The translations under genes and the position numbers were made by a program. A stretch of 53,872 nt of DNA, taken from assembly GCA_022574205.1 (NCBI GenBank), contig JACZSL010000003.1, positions 1 through 53,872 of the forward strand, written 5' to 3'. Below are positions 27,401 through 35,588 of the stretch, one piece after another (positions within the stretch are counted from its first letter, which is position 1; each line of letters opens with the position of its first letter). The notes under the pieces were generated by a model. That model did no database searches and was not told the DNA's origin. It saw only the letters and a program-made list of their open reading frames with translations. The DNA comes from Patescibacteria group bacterium (GTDB taxonomy: Bacteria; Patescibacteriota; Minisyncoccia; Phycocordibacterales; JACZSL01).

Positions 27401-28633
27401 CTATATGCCCAATTTACGCTTATAAAAAAGGATATCAAGAGCAAGAAATGGGTCAAGTGCCCATTCTCCCCCCAGCCATGTAATGTAGTTAGCAAGATAT
27501 GTACCATCGAGAACTGTTACTTCAAAATGTTGCATATCTGGCATAGTCTCTTGTTCTGATTGTGGTTCGATAATTTTTTTAAACCAACCGGAAAGGTCTT
27601 TATCTGCCAATAGTAAAAGCGTGTTAGGAAGGGGTCGTGTTTGGCGAATTTTATTCAGTGCTAAAGAGAAGGAACTAGTCCACTGTGCTCTAACGGATTC
27701 CATAATAGCAATAAAATCGCTTTCCTGTTTTTGGCTCATTTTCCCGCATAAATATAAATGCAGTAGTGAACGGGTTTCTTCGATAGGTACTTTAAGAACT
27801 TTAGAAATCTCACGGAAAACTAAATGTCGCCCTCCTGTAAACGAGGCCAAATGAACTAGCGTGCCACCATCAACAAGACTTATGTCACTCATCTCGGCAC
27901 TAATGTCCAAGAGTACAAAATCGTCGCTTTGCTCAAAAACATCCCTAGCCGCAAGAAATGATGCAAGTGGAAACGCATGAAAATCCACACTATCGTCAGG
28001 AAGTAATTCTCCTACAATTTCAGATGTTTGGTCGTGAATGTCACGTGAGATGGCGCTAAGTCCTAGATCAATTTTCAGCCTCTTTGTTGGTTTGTCGTAA
28101 GGGTTGCTCGTTTGGTAACCATTTAATGTTGTTCGAATTATCTCACAATCCACTGAAGCCAAGTCTCGATTCCTCGATTTAATAGGGGTGGTTTTGGTAT
28201 CTTCCCCAATAAATTTGGAAATCGCCTCTTTCACAAATCTTTCGGATATTTGCCTCGTCATAGTAAACGGTTCCTCCTTATTTATAGACAACCTTCTTAT
28301 CTCAACTGTAGCCCACGGACTTGAGAATGTGGTTAATACGTGATCTACGAGTTTACCCTTCAGGAAAATGCCTTCATTTTTCAATAGCTGTGTGGTAACA
28401 GATTGCACTTCGAACATAGTGTTCAGTAGTGTTGCAAGCATGGCTTTTGTTAACTTATCTAAACGTGGGGCTGTTTCATGGAAACTAATCGCGTTCCTCG
28501 TGCTGTAAAGAATCTTTGGAAGCTTTTTTGGCGAAAGTATGGCAAGAGCCGCTCCAACACTCCCGCTTCCAATGTCAAAAACAATGAGAGAACGTGTACC
28601 TGTATTCGTCTTTGAAGAAGCTTTGTTTTTCAT
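27401..28633 (-). CDS. Actin-like (FtsA/PilM-like) protein
   Basis: VFDIGSGSV and LLDISAEMSDI phosphate-loop-like motifs, GGRHL; start reassigned to MKNKA. Confidence 0.55.
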   Translation of the reverse strand: MKNKASSKTNTGTRSLIVFDIGSGSVGAALAILSPKKLPKILYSTRNAISFHETAPRLDKLTKAMLATLLNTMFEVQSVTTQLLKNEGIFLKGKLVDHVLTTFSSPWATVEIRRLSINKEEPFTMTRQISERFVKEAISKFIGEDTKTTPIKSRNRDLASVDCEIIRTTLNGYQTSNPYDKPTKRLKIDLGLSAISRDIHDQTSEIVGELLPDDSVDFHAFPLASFLAARDVFEQSDDFVLLDISAEMSDISLVDGGTLVHLASFTGGRHLVFREISKVLKVPIEETRSLLHLYLCGKMSQKQESDFIAIMESVRAQWTSSFSLALNKIRQTRPLPNTLLLLADKDLSGWFKKIIEPQSEQETMPDMQHFEVTVLDGTYLANYITWLGGEWALDPFLALDILFYKRKLGI

Positions 28634-28835
28634 CCCGTTAGAGATAGGAAACGCCAAATAACGAAGTTAAAATAGTGCTTCCTATTTTATTATTTTCTAA
28701 AAATCTTTTCATCGACCTAGGTGTTGTGCCTATTCCGGCGTTTCCGTAAGTTATTTTTTATCTTTATATACATTTACTTATTTTACTATTTTGTTAGTAA
28801 AGGTCATACATAACTATTAACTATCTCTAACGGGA
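28633..28835 (-). mobile_element. 203-bp start-codon hairpin element (twin 1)
   Basis: Perfect 15-bp TIR tcccgttagagatag; TGAA duplication; near-identical to 34198-34403. Confidence 0.9.
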
Positions 28836-28882
28836 TTCATACTACTTATTATATTTGAAGACTATTTTCCCGCAATGATTTT

Positions 28883-30688
28883 TTACTTAAGAACCGCTTT
28901 CACGCGTCTTACACCAGCGCTTGAAGCTTCTTCTTTCGTTATCTTAAATGTTCCTTTGATATCGCCAGTATTTTTCACATGAGGTCCACCACACAGCTCG
29001 CTCGAGTAGACGGTACCATCGGAGGATTTGACCATATAGACATTAACAGTGTCCGGATACCGCTCCCAAAAACTTCCCTCTACACCGCTCTCCATAGCCG
29101 TATTTTTGTCCATCTCCTCAATCACGACGTTACACTTATTCCTAATTACTTCATTAACATAGGCCTCCACTTTATCGAGCGTTCCTCGATCAACCTTCTC
29201 TCCATGAGTAAAGTCAAAACGTGTTCGCTCGGCTGTTATGTTTGAGCCGGCTTGGTGCACATGCTCACCAAGGTACTTTCGAAGTCCGGCAAGCATTAAA
29301 TGTGTGGCAGTATGAAGCATTGTAGTTTCTTCGCTCGCATCCGCTAAGCCTCCCTTAAACTTCTGCTCTGCTCCCGCTCGAGAGGTCTCTCTATGTAACT
29401 CCATTCTTCTATTAAAAGCATCTTCATCTATTCGCAAACCGCGTTCATCAGCTAATTCTTTAACAAGCTCAAAGGGAAATCCATAAGTAGTAACTAAATC
29501 AAAAACTACTTCCGAAGAAAGTTCTGAGTCTACGGTGCTTCTACCAACAGACATATTGTAGGTCCTCTCAAACTGTTTTATTCCACGATCAAGAGTCTTT
29601 CGGAATTTTTTTTCTTCTTCCTCAATTGTTCTCGATATCGTCATTACTTTGCTCCTTAAATATGGGTAATGTTTTTCATAGACGCTGACAATTACCTCGA
29701 TCAAAGAGTGTAGTCCTGAATCCTCTAATCCCAGTCTGTCCTTTGCGATAACTGCCCTTCTTATCAATCTTCTAACGATATATCCATGTTCAGTGTTGCT
29801 TGGCAATACACCCTCAGCGGTTATAAATACGGCACTACGAATATGATCTGCAATAATTCTAAAAGATTTTTGATTATCTGTGTAAGATTTTCCTGAAGTC
29901 TCTTCAAGTTTTTTTATCACTCCGGAAAATAAATCCGTGTCGAATATATTGTCTTTGCCCTGCATTACCATCGCAAGCCTCTCAAGTCCGGCTCCTGTGT
30001 CTACGTTTTGTTGTTTTAGTTTTCCGACGATTCGCCCGTCCTTTTTCTCGTACTCCATAAAAACATCATTCCATATTTCCACAACTTGCTGTTTCTCATC
30101 TGCTTTTTTAAATTCCTCTTTGCTTTTAAGATTCAGATTTCCTACAACATCATAAAACATTTCCGTGTCTGGTCCGCAGGGCCCATTGTCGCCCGGACTC
30201 CACCAATTATCTTTTTCACCAAGAAAATAAATTCTCTCTTTTGGAATACCCAAACTCTCCCAGATCTCAGCGCTTTTTTTATCTTTAGGAGCGTCATCAT
30301 TGCCCTCAAAACATGTTATATAAATACGAGCTTTATCAAGTCCTAATTCATCTATTAAAAATTCATAACTCCATTTGATCGCATCCTCCTTAAAATAATC
30401 TCCTAGGGACCAGTTACCCAGCATCTCAAAAAACGTGACGTGTATGTTGTCGCCAATTTCATCTATATCTTGTGTTCTAACGCACTTCTGAACACTGACC
30501 AATCTCTTACCCTTTGGATGCTCTTCACCTAAAAGATAAGGGGCCAACTGCTGCATTCCAGCCGTTGTAAATAAAACTGATTTATCTGTTTCACTCGGAA
30601 TGAGGGGCGCGCCTTGTATCAATTCGTGTTTGCGCCTAGGGTCGGTAAAAAAAGCTATAAACTTAGCTCTTATGTCGTCTGATTGCAT
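28883..30688 (-). CDS. alaS: Alanine--tRNA ligase, C-terminally truncated (no C-Ala domain)
   Basis: FTTAGMQ, TFFEMLGN, VDTGAGLERL, editing HTATH and ELCGGPHV; ends at 601 aa. Confidence 0.95.
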   Translation of the reverse strand: MQSDDIRAKFIAFFTDPRRKHELIQGAPLIPSETDKSVLFTTAGMQQLAPYLLGEEHPKGKRLVSVQKCVRTQDIDEIGDNIHVTFFEMLGNWSLGDYFKEDAIKWSYEFLIDELGLDKARIYITCFEGNDDAPKDKKSAEIWESLGIPKERIYFLGEKDNWWSPGDNGPCGPDTEMFYDVVGNLNLKSKEEFKKADEKQQVVEIWNDVFMEYEKKDGRIVGKLKQQNVDTGAGLERLAMVMQGKDNIFDTDLFSGVIKKLEETSGKSYTDNQKSFRIIADHIRSAVFITAEGVLPSNTEHGYIVRRLIRRAVIAKDRLGLEDSGLHSLIEVIVSVYEKHYPYLRSKVMTISRTIEEEEKKFRKTLDRGIKQFERTYNMSVGRSTVDSELSSEVVFDLVTTYGFPFELVKELADERGLRIDEDAFNRRMELHRETSRAGAEQKFKGGLADASEETTMLHTATHLMLAGLRKYLGEHVHQAGSNITAERTRFDFTHGEKVDRGTLDKVEAYVNEVIRNKCNVVIEEMDKNTAMESGVEGSFWERYPDTVNVYMVKSSDGTVYSSELCGGPHVKNTGDIKGTFKITKEEASSAGVRRVKAVLK

Positions 30689-30718
30689 TTATAAACAGTA
30701 CTATAGGTTGACTCTAGC

Positions 30719-30958
30719 TCAAAATAGAAAGTCGCTGTCAATGACAATTAGGATATAACCAAGAATGACGAGTAATATACCACTAATAACGTATCGCCTC
30801 TCCTTTCTCATTGCCTTGATCACATACATATCAATGTGTCTCTCGTGAATAATATGCGAATGCACATTCATGACCGTTATGGCAATTAATATCGTTCCCA
30901 ACGTCTCTGCTGTAATACCTAAAAAACCAAGACTTAATGCTGAAAGAAATTCAATCAT
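30719..30958 (-). CDS. Small hypothetical membrane protein
   Basis: 79 aa, 2-3 hydrophobic segments. Confidence 0.6.
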   Translation of the reverse strand: MIEFLSALSLGFLGITAETLGTILIAITVMNVHSHIIHERHIDMYVIKAMRKERRYVISGILLVILGYILIVIDSDFLF

Positions 30959-31031
30959 ATAATAGTACTAGTGTAACATCACTTTAAGGCAAACATAACG
31001 CTCACATGGTACTAATTCATATCAAATCCTA

Positions 31032-31066
31032 CCACTTTGATCGAGATCGGATCTCGATCAAAGTGG
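31032..31066. repeat. Perfect 17-bp inverted repeat containing four GATC
   Basis: ccactttgatcgagatc-g-gatctcgatcaaagtgg. Confidence 0.85.
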
Positions 31067-31107
31067 AAAATTTTCCTTATACTTTCCCCATATACCAATA
31101 CTTATAC

Positions 31108-31371
31108 TTATACTTTATATCTCTCTTTTTCAAGAAGTGCTCGCTTCTTGTTAACGCCGCCATTGTAACCGCCAAGTTTGCCAGTAGAGCAGATAACGCG
31201 ATGACACGGAATTTTAGGATCGTGGTTTTTACTCATTATCATACCTACTGCACGCGCGGCAGCTGGGTTCCCAGCACGCCGCGCAACCTCAGTGTAGCTT
31301 AAGACTTCGCCCATCGGAATATCAGAGACAACCTCCGACACACGAGTTTTAAAAGAGCGTTCCTGTTTCAT
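31108..31371 (-). CDS. Methylated-DNA--protein-cysteine methyltransferase (MGMT DNA-binding domain only)
   Basis: IPMGEVLSYTEVA...AARAVG...IPCHRVI...GGY; start MKQER overlaps the nuclease 3' end by 23 nt. Confidence 0.88.
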   Translation of the reverse strand: MKQERSFKTRVSEVVSDIPMGEVLSYTEVARRAGNPAAARAVGMIMSKNHDPKIPCHRVICSTGKLGGYNGGVNKKRALLEKERYKV

Positions 31372-32200
31372 TCTTTGATACTTTTTTAGATTTGGCTGTG
31401 ACTTTTTCTGCACTCCCTCTTGCTTTTGGAGTATTATTTTCTTGATGTTTCTTCAAAAGTTTTTTCCCAACGAATTCACGATATGTGCAGTAGTCACAAT
31501 CTTTGCCCACGGGAGGAATCTTCTCACTTTCTAACGTCTCTTTTATACTAGCGAGTGTCCCATCTATCCAGCCGTCGTCCCCAACGTAAGCAATCAAGGT
31601 CAGAACAAATTCAAGTTTTCCATCAAACATTTTTTTGTCTCTACCGGCATTTGCATATACGAAGTAACCGGTGTTTGAGACTTTGAAACCTTTCTGTCGC
31701 AACAGCCATTGATACACTTCCATCTGCCGTTTGTAACCTTGGTGCCAATCTTTATCAAGCGTTTCGATCTTCTCGTTTTTGCTGGTTGCCTTGTAGTCAA
31801 CAACAATAATCTCGCCATCGGGGTTCACCCACACATCATCGACTGCGCCGGAAACCGTAAACCCAGTCGGCTCGTGTAACACCCGTACACCCTTAAAGTT
31901 CTCACGCCAAACGTCGAGATCTTTATGTACAAAAGGAATGGCATCTACGCCATACTGCTCCATTAACGGATGTGGTTTACCTTTAGCGCGATAAATATCA
32001 AACTCTTTTTTGAGGAGCGTGTCGACAGCACTATTTAGATTAAATGGAAACCCTGGTGGGCGTGCTGTCCCAAGTTTATTATCTACATAAAAGCATCTGG
32101 GACACGAAACGAATAAATCGATTTTGGAGCGGGAAAGACGCCAGCGTGTTCCTCCATAATTCCAGTCCTTGCTTCGGTCTGGTCTATAAAACTGACTCAT
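31349..32200 (-). CDS. PD-(D/E)XK nuclease family protein (RecB/Cas4-like)
   Basis: LSRSKIDLF..CPRC, GAVDD..VVDYKAT, QMEVY, CDYC. Confidence 0.85.
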   Translation of the reverse strand: MSQFYRPDRSKDWNYGGTRWRLSRSKIDLFVSCPRCFYVDNKLGTARPPGFPFNLNSAVDTLLKKEFDIYRAKGKPHPLMEQYGVDAIPFVHKDLDVWRENFKGVRVLHEPTGFTVSGAVDDVWVNPDGEIIVVDYKATSKNEKIETLDKDWHQGYKRQMEVYQWLLRQKGFKVSNTGYFVYANAGRDKKMFDGKLEFVLTLIAYVGDDGWIDGTLASIKETLESEKIPPVGKDCDYCTYREFVGKKLLKKHQENNTPKARGSAEKVTAKSKKVSKNETGTLF

Positions 32201-32231
32201 GAGAGAAAGTATAGCATGGCTATCTGCCCAG

Positions 32232-32732
32232 CTAGTCCCTGTCGTTTACGACAGCCTCCACTTTCGTATCGTCTTCTTCGTAGTATTTAAGTGATTTAAT
32301 CTTTTGTTCAATAGCCCAAAGGATGGTGAAGACGAGCAATGTCAAAAGTGTCGTAAATATCGCAACTGCATAAAGTCTGAAGCCAACTGCCATACCGATT
32401 CCTGCCGCAACCCAAAGGCTTGCTGCTGTTGTAAGTCCACTTACCCTTGATCCTCGAAATATAATCATGCCGGCACCCAGAAAACCTACCCCTGTTACAA
32501 TACCGCCTGCGACACGAAGGGGGTCAAAATTTAACAGTGGTAGATATACTCCTGTTGCAATAGTGGATGTAATGATAAAGAGTGCGGAGCCTAAAGATAC
32601 AAGCGCATACGTTCGCATACCAGCAGTCTTTCCAGCAATAGATCGTTCAGTGCCAAGAAGCATCCCTAAAAATACAGCTAACACGAGCTGCGAAAAGAGT
32701 GTTACAAGATCTGGATTCACTAATAAATCCAT
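32232..32732 (-). CDS. MgtC/SapB family membrane protein
   Basis: AGMRTYALV, RVAGGIVTGVGFLGAG, GLTTAASLW. Confidence 0.92.
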   Translation of the reverse strand: MDLLVNPDLVTLFSQLVLAVFLGMLLGTERSIAGKTAGMRTYALVSLGSALFIITSTIATGVYLPLLNFDPLRVAGGIVTGVGFLGAGMIIFRGSRVSGLTTAASLWVAAGIGMAVGFRLYAVAIFTTLLTLLVFTILWAIEQKIKSLKYYEEDDTKVEAVVNDRD

Positions 32733-32794
32733 TCAATTAGAAAATTATCCTTTTAATATATAACTAACAATGTGTCCATTAATCTTACAGCAGA

Positions 32795-33304
32795 CTACTG
32801 TGTCTTTCGATCAATTTGCACCGCCATAAACACACCCTCGATAAACCCTCCAAGAGAGTCCTGTAATGGACTGTCATCCCCTAAATTAAACTCTTTATCT
32901 CCGTTGTCATTATATAGAAGTGCGTGGTACGTCTGATTTATTTCGGTGTTCCTCAAAAGTTTTACATATACCTTTTCGCTAACACCAGCATTGAGCCTGT
33001 GTGCGCCAAGTGCATTTCCTAAGACACCATTTACTTCTTCGTGTATAACCACCCACCCATCCTTCTCTATAGACACTGTGTCAATCAATACTCTATCACC
33101 AGACAATTGGTCCGAAATAGCAACGTTGTTATTTTCGGACACAAGTGCGCTATTGCCGCCGGAGCCAGTCATGTTGTCGTCTCCGCCACCACCGTTCAAT
33201 GAGGGAACCCTGTCTCCAATGAGAAACATGATACCAATACCAATTATGAATCCTGCAATAAATGAACCGATTACTTTACTGTTGACTGCTTTGTCTTCAT
33301 CCAT
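32795..33304 (-). CDS. Membrane-anchored surface protein with an Ig-like GWVVIH domain
   Basis: N-terminal TM, Gly-rich linker, DGWVVIHEE...LG motif. Confidence 0.65.
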   Translation of the reverse strand: MDEDKAVNSKVIGSFIAGFIIGIGIMFLIGDRVPSLNGGGGDDNMTGSGGNSALVSENNNVAISDQLSGDRVLIDTVSIEKDGWVVIHEEVNGVLGNALGAHRLNAGVSEKVYVKLLRNTEINQTYHALLYNDNGDKEFNLGDDSPLQDSLGGFIEGVFMAVQIDRKTQ

Positions 33305-33340
33305 ATTCTTTCGTTTCCCTCAGTTATGGCTTATATACAC

Positions 33341-34198
33341 CTATTCTATACGATGATCGCCGGTACACAAGGCTTGACTTTCTGCAATAACCGTGGCTAT
33401 TTTCGCAGGCGCAACACCAGCTTTTTGTAGCGCGGCGGCGTCTTCGCCCAAGTCACGGCATAGCACAATTTTCTGTTCAAGGAGATTCTTCTTTTCCCTA
33501 TCTGACAGCGTTGAAAGACACGTTATAGGATAGATGCGAGTCTGTGTAATGAGGTCGTATAGGCCACGCTTGTTGGGATAGAACCAACTTAGAAGTTTTA
33601 AATCAACGCACTTAGCATACGAAATGGAACTTTTTGTAAATTTAGTATTGGTTATCAACCAAGCTTCACGGACCATGTCCCCTTCTTCCAAGTTTTCTTG
33701 TTTGTGAATATCGAGAAAACGAGCATGCACATAGAGCGCAACTTTTAAGTCCGTTTTAATACCTAGATTGTTGTGAAATTTAATCTCGGCGGAAATTCTT
33801 GTATTGTCCTTCTCCGCAACAAGATCTACTTCGTGGGTTGCACACTTTCCCTGAATCACTTGTTGGATACGCGTGCTATAACCTAATGCGTTAAAAACTT
33901 CTGCAACGTAATTTTCAAACGGGAATCCACTTGGACCAAGAGCGAAAACTCCGCGACGAATTGAGTACCGTGCAGCGACAGTTTTCTCCTTACTTTTTCT
34001 CAGTAGCGAAAAAGCATGTCTGTAGATCTCGCTCGTAGTCATGCCATCCTCAATTTCAGCATTAACGTGATTAACAATTTCCTTGATCAATTTTTGAGAT
34101 GTACCGGTTTTTTTGAGGGACCGCTCAAGTTTACTCTGTAAGAATAATTCTTTCTCGCCATTGGCTTTTATGACATAAATTTCTCGATATTCCTTCAT
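33341..34198 (-). CDS. ATP-cone + Mrr-like restriction endonuclease domain protein
   Basis: VIKANGEKELFLQSKLERSL (ATP-cone), GFPFENYVAE, HEVDLVA...AEIKF; start reassigned to MKEYR. Confidence 0.8.
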   Translation of the reverse strand: MKEYREIYVIKANGEKELFLQSKLERSLKKTGTSQKLIKEIVNHVNAEIEDGMTTSEIYRHAFSLLRKSKEKTVAARYSIRRGVFALGPSGFPFENYVAEVFNALGYSTRIQQVIQGKCATHEVDLVAEKDNTRISAEIKFHNNLGIKTDLKVALYVHARFLDIHKQENLEEGDMVREAWLITNTKFTKSSISYAKCVDLKLLSWFYPNKRGLYDLITQTRIYPITCLSTLSDREKKNLLEQKIVLCRDLGEDAAALQKAGVAPAKIATVIAESQALCTGDHRIE

Positions 34199-34403
34199 CC
34201 CGTTAGAGATAGGAAACGCCAAATAACGAAGTTGAAATGGTGCTTCCTGGTTTATTATTTTCTAAAAATCTTGTCATCGACCTAAAAATGCTGTGCTTAT
34301 TCTGGCGTTTCCGTAGGTTATTTTTTATCTTTGTATACATTTACCCATTCTACTTATTTTGCTCGTTGAGGTCATACATAACTATTAACTATCTCTAACG
34401 GGA
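34198..34403 (-). mobile_element. 206-bp start-codon hairpin element (twin 2)
   Basis: Same TIR and TGAA duplication as 28633-28835; first 38 and last 40 nt (flanks included) identical. Confidence 0.9.
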
Positions 34404-34510
34404 TTCATTATTTCGTACAGTTTTAAATATGGTTTTAAATCTAGATTTAAATGTAAATTTAAAACTATATTTAATTATATGACAGGAATGGGTCTAAACG
34501 AAATAAGTTC

Positions 34511-35578
34511 TTATAAAATCACTCCACCGCCGAGGCATTCGTCCCCATCATAAATAACTAGAGACTGTCCACTTGCAACGCTCGCCTGCTTAGTTTCAAA
34601 TTCGATTTTGACTTCGTCCACACCAGTCCTAACGATGCACCTTACTTGCTTCTGCCTATAGCGATACTGCGCTCTCAATGTCTTACCTTCTTTCGGCGTA
34701 GTAGAAATCCAGTTAACATCTTTAAGTAGAATTTCTTTTTTATTATGCTCTGATTCGGTGGGTGTACTCGAGACAGTTATCGTATTATCCTCCACGTTTC
34801 GATCGACTACGTAAAGTGGTGCCTCGCTAGGTGTTTTTTTATCAGTGATAAAGCCATGACGTTGCCCGAGTGTGTAAAAGAAAGCCCCCTCGTGTGTACC
34901 TATTTTTTCTCCTTTCTCATTTATAACATCGCCCTCCTTAGAGTCGATAAAGTGCTTTAAAAAGTCTCTCAGGTCTATCTTTCCAACAAAACAGAGTCCT
35001 TGGCTGTCTTTCTTGTCAGCCGTTTCCAATCCGAACTCTGAGGCTTTTTTTCTTACATCCTTTTTTTCCATATCTCCAACGGGGAAAATAGTGGATTTTA
35101 AATCGTCTTGCGTAAGCATCCACAAGAAATACGTCTGATCTTTATTTCGATCAATTCCGCGCAATAGCTTATAAGTGCCTGTCTTCTCATCAAACGTTGA
35201 GCGAGCATAGTGTCCCGTGGCAATAAAATTTACACCGCTTTCGCGTACTTTTCTTAGGAACGCACCAAACTTAATGTGTCGGTTGCACATTACGTCTGGG
35301 TTTGGTGTTTTTCCAGCCTTGTATTCGCGCACCATATAATCAACTACATCCTTCTTATACTCACTCTCAAAATCAAACGTCATAAACGGTATGTTGAGCT
35401 TGACGCAGACACGCATGGCGTCGCGTCGCTCAGTCTTCCACTCGCATGGCAAAAAATCAGGGTGCCAGACTTTTATGAAAACACCTGTAACATCATACCC
35501 TTCTTTTTTGAGCAGTGCCGCGGACACACTAGAGTCCACACCACCAGAGAGTGCTACAAATACTTTTTTTCTTTCCAT
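34511..35578 (-). CDS. mnmA: tRNA-specific 2-thiouridylase MnmA
   Basis: ALSGGVDSS, TPNPDVMCN, ATGHYA, KKDSQGLCF; start reassigned to MERKK. Confidence 0.95.
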   Translation of the reverse strand: MERKKVFVALSGGVDSSVSAALLKKEGYDVTGVFIKVWHPDFLPCEWKTERRDAMRVCVKLNIPFMTFDFESEYKKDVVDYMVREYKAGKTPNPDVMCNRHIKFGAFLRKVRESGVNFIATGHYARSTFDEKTGTYKLLRGIDRNKDQTYFLWMLTQDDLKSTIFPVGDMEKKDVRKKASEFGLETADKKDSQGLCFVGKIDLRDFLKHFIDSKEGDVINEKGEKIGTHEGAFFYTLGQRHGFITDKKTPSEAPLYVVDRNVEDNTITVSSTPTESEHNKKEILLKDVNWISTTPKEGKTLRAQYRYRQKQVRCIVRTGVDEVKIEFETKQASVASGQSLVIYDGDECLGGGVIL

Positions 35579-35588
35579 ATACTTATAC

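Noticed and set aside
28634-28657. Shared N-terminus MAFPISNGMK on two unrelated proteins (also 34199-34222), plus VTIGM and ISYGM extensions
   Set aside because: These are translations of the element arm, not protein domains; true starts are at the inner ATG
28638-28712. 24-codon ORF inside both twin elements as a functional peptide
   Set aside because: Three of four changed codons are non-synonymous (K/T, I/P, L/S), so there is no sign of protein-level selection; kept only as a possible coupling uORF
28883-30688. Truncated AlaRS as a pseudogene
   Set aside because: Catalytic and editing motifs are intact with a clean stop; loss of C-Ala is a plausible streamlined form
31349-32200. Cas4 / CRISPR system
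   Set aside because: No repeat-spacer array or other cas genes; the Cys arrangement differs from the Cas4 Fe-S staple
34426-34473. NrdR box or other named operator upstream of the ATP-cone gene
   Set aside because: The AT-rich palindrome does not fit the NrdR consensus, and low complexity makes a chance palindrome plausible
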